A DNA stretch of 64,000 bases from contig NC_086097.1 in assembly GCF_963921235.1 (NCBI RefSeq), forward strand, positions 73,348,001 to 73,412,000, written 5' to 3'. A program made the translations under genes and the position numbers. The stretch is from Mobula hypostoma. Taxonomy: Eukaryota. Shown here piece after piece: positions 62,160 through 64,000 of the stretch. Position 1 is the first letter of the stretch; each line of letters starts with the position of its first letter. The notes beneath the pieces were generated by a model. It ran no database searches and was not told where the DNA came from. It worked only from the letters and a program-made list of their open reading frames with translations.

Positions 62160-63990
62160 ACTTCCCCATGAGTTTAACACATTCTATGCGCATTTTGAAA
62201 GGAAGGAAATGGGTATGTCAAGCTGATAGTCTGCTTTGCACCTGAATCTACAGTCATTGTCGCAGGTATTAGAGTGGATTCATTTACTAATCACAAGTAC
62301 ATTGAAACATACAGTGAAATATGTTGTTTGTGTTATCAACCAATGCCATCTGAGGCCAGCATAGTATGCCCACCATGTTCAATAGAACAACACACAGCCA
62401 ACATACAACAGCAAAACAAACCCTTCCCCACCCTCACCCCACAGACACAGATTGACTTCAACCCCAGGACAAGTCACCTTCAGACCGTGGACCCAGACTA
62501 GCAGACAACGGGCCTTTGATATCCGATCTCAACAACCTAGGAGCTTCAACCCAGGACTGGAGGGTTAACCTGTGGAAAGCATTGGGCCTGGATTGTATCT
62601 CCAAATAAGTAAAAAGTAGTGTCCCTAGCCATATCCTTAGATCCTGTACGGATCAGCTAGCAAGGGTATTTGTATTCATTTTTAACCTCTTCCTGCTTCA
62701 GGTTGTGGATCCTCCTACTTTAAGGAGACCACTATCATCCTGGTGTCCAAGAAAAACAAGGTAACGCACATTAAATACTACAGCCCAATGGTTCTGACAT
62801 CCACCATCATAAAGTGCATCAAGAGGTTAGTCATGGCTTGCATCAACACTAGTTTTCCAAGCAACCTCAAACCACTGTAATTTGTCTTCTGCTGAAACAG
62901 GTCTATGGAGGATGCCATCTCCCTAGTCCTACGCTCATTTCTGGAGCATCAAGACAGTAAAGGCACCCACATCAAACTTTACTGACTACAGTACTGCATT
63001 CATTACTATCATTCCGAGCAAGCACATCACCAAACTCTGGACCATAGGAGTCACTGCTTTCCTCGTTAACTGGATTCTTGACTTCAATCCCAATAGACCA
63101 TAATTAGTAAGGATAGGAAGCAACACCTCCACTGTGATTATCCTAAACACAAGGTTGTGTGCTCAGCCCCCTATCCCTGTACTCTCATGACTGCATGGCA
63201 AGGTTCTGCTCTAAATCTGTCTACAGGTACTGTATGCAAATTATATCACTTTAGTGGGAAGCATCTCAACGATTAGTCAAGAACAGGAAGTAGATGGAGA
63301 GCTTAGTGACATAGTGTCATGACAGCAACCTTTCCCTCAATGTCAACAAAACAAAAGAACTGGTCTTTGACTTCAGGAAGGGGACGGTAAACATGCTCCT
63401 GTCTACATCGAAGGTGTTGAGGTTAAGAACAATCAAATTGCTAGATGTGAATACCATCAATAGCCTGTCACGGTCCAACCACACTGATGTCATGGCCAAC
63501 AAAGCTCACAAATCCTTTTACTTCCTCAGGAGGCTAAAGAGGCTCATCGACCCATACCAATTGTTATCCATGCACAATAGAAAGCAATCTGTCTGGATGC
63601 CTAATGGCTTGGTATGGCAGCTGTTCTGCACACAACCACAAAGAATTGCAGAGTTGTGGGCACAGTTCAAGCATCACAGAAACCATTCTTCCCTCTATGG
63701 ATGTTGTCCGGAGTTCTCATTGCTTCAGTAAAGCAGCCCCACCACTGACATTTCCTCTTCTCTCTTCTCCCCTGTCCCAGAAGTCCTGGGGTTGAAGTCA
63801 ATCTGTGTCTGTGGGGTGACAGTGGGGAAGGGTTTGTTTTGTTGTTGTATGTTGGCTGTGTGTTGTTCTATTGAATATTGTGGGTAGAAGATACAAAAGC
63901 CTGTAAGCACGTACTTTGAGGCTCAAAGACAGCTTCTCTTTCACTGATATCAAACTCTTGAGTTGGAGCTCTTGTATGATAAAATAGACT
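62160..63990 (+). mobile_element. Degraded Rex1/Babar LINE with a nested minus-strand retroposon (~62275-62550)
   Basis: FKETTIILVSKKNKV..YYSPMVLTSTIIKC, NLSLNVNKTKELVFDFRK, KAHKSFYFLRRLKR. Confidence 0.8.
62378..63875. repeat. 93-bp inverted repeat (62378-62470 / 63783-63875), 3 mismatches
   Basis: Direct comparison; the ORF track shows SIEQHTANIQQQNKPFPT(L/V)TPQTQIDFNPRTS on opposite strands. Confidence 0.93.
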
Positions 63991-64000
63991 CCAGGCCTTA

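Overview
Repeat-dominated, AT-rich vertebrate genomic DNA, intronic or intergenic. The repeat set (HER1/CR1-type LINEs, an HE1-like V-SINE, Penelope, Rex1/Babar, HERO, Tx1/L1, RTE) suggests a cartilaginous fish, probably a ray; this is inference. I recognise no host protein-coding exon, and the long ORFs are transposon-derived. Main contents: two young near-identical CR1 copies (2974-5583, ~50945-54540), a near full-length HERO RLE-type LINE (14878-18260), a Tx1/L1 copy with TSD (36967-39382), a 5'-inverted L1-clade copy (42039-43422), an internally deleted AcademX DNA transposon (~30703-32490), hAT, mariner and Tigger-like non-autonomous elements, and many nested insertions. The most notable signal is a minimal type-I hammerhead ribozyme motif (stem I-CTGACGA-stem II-GAAACGTC) in the Penelope 3'UTR/pseudo-LTR. 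It occurs in a TSD-flanked inverted-repeat Penelope insertion (27158-29237) and in several ~110-160 bp solo units, some with their own TSDs. All calls are by-eye motif recognition; no database search was run.
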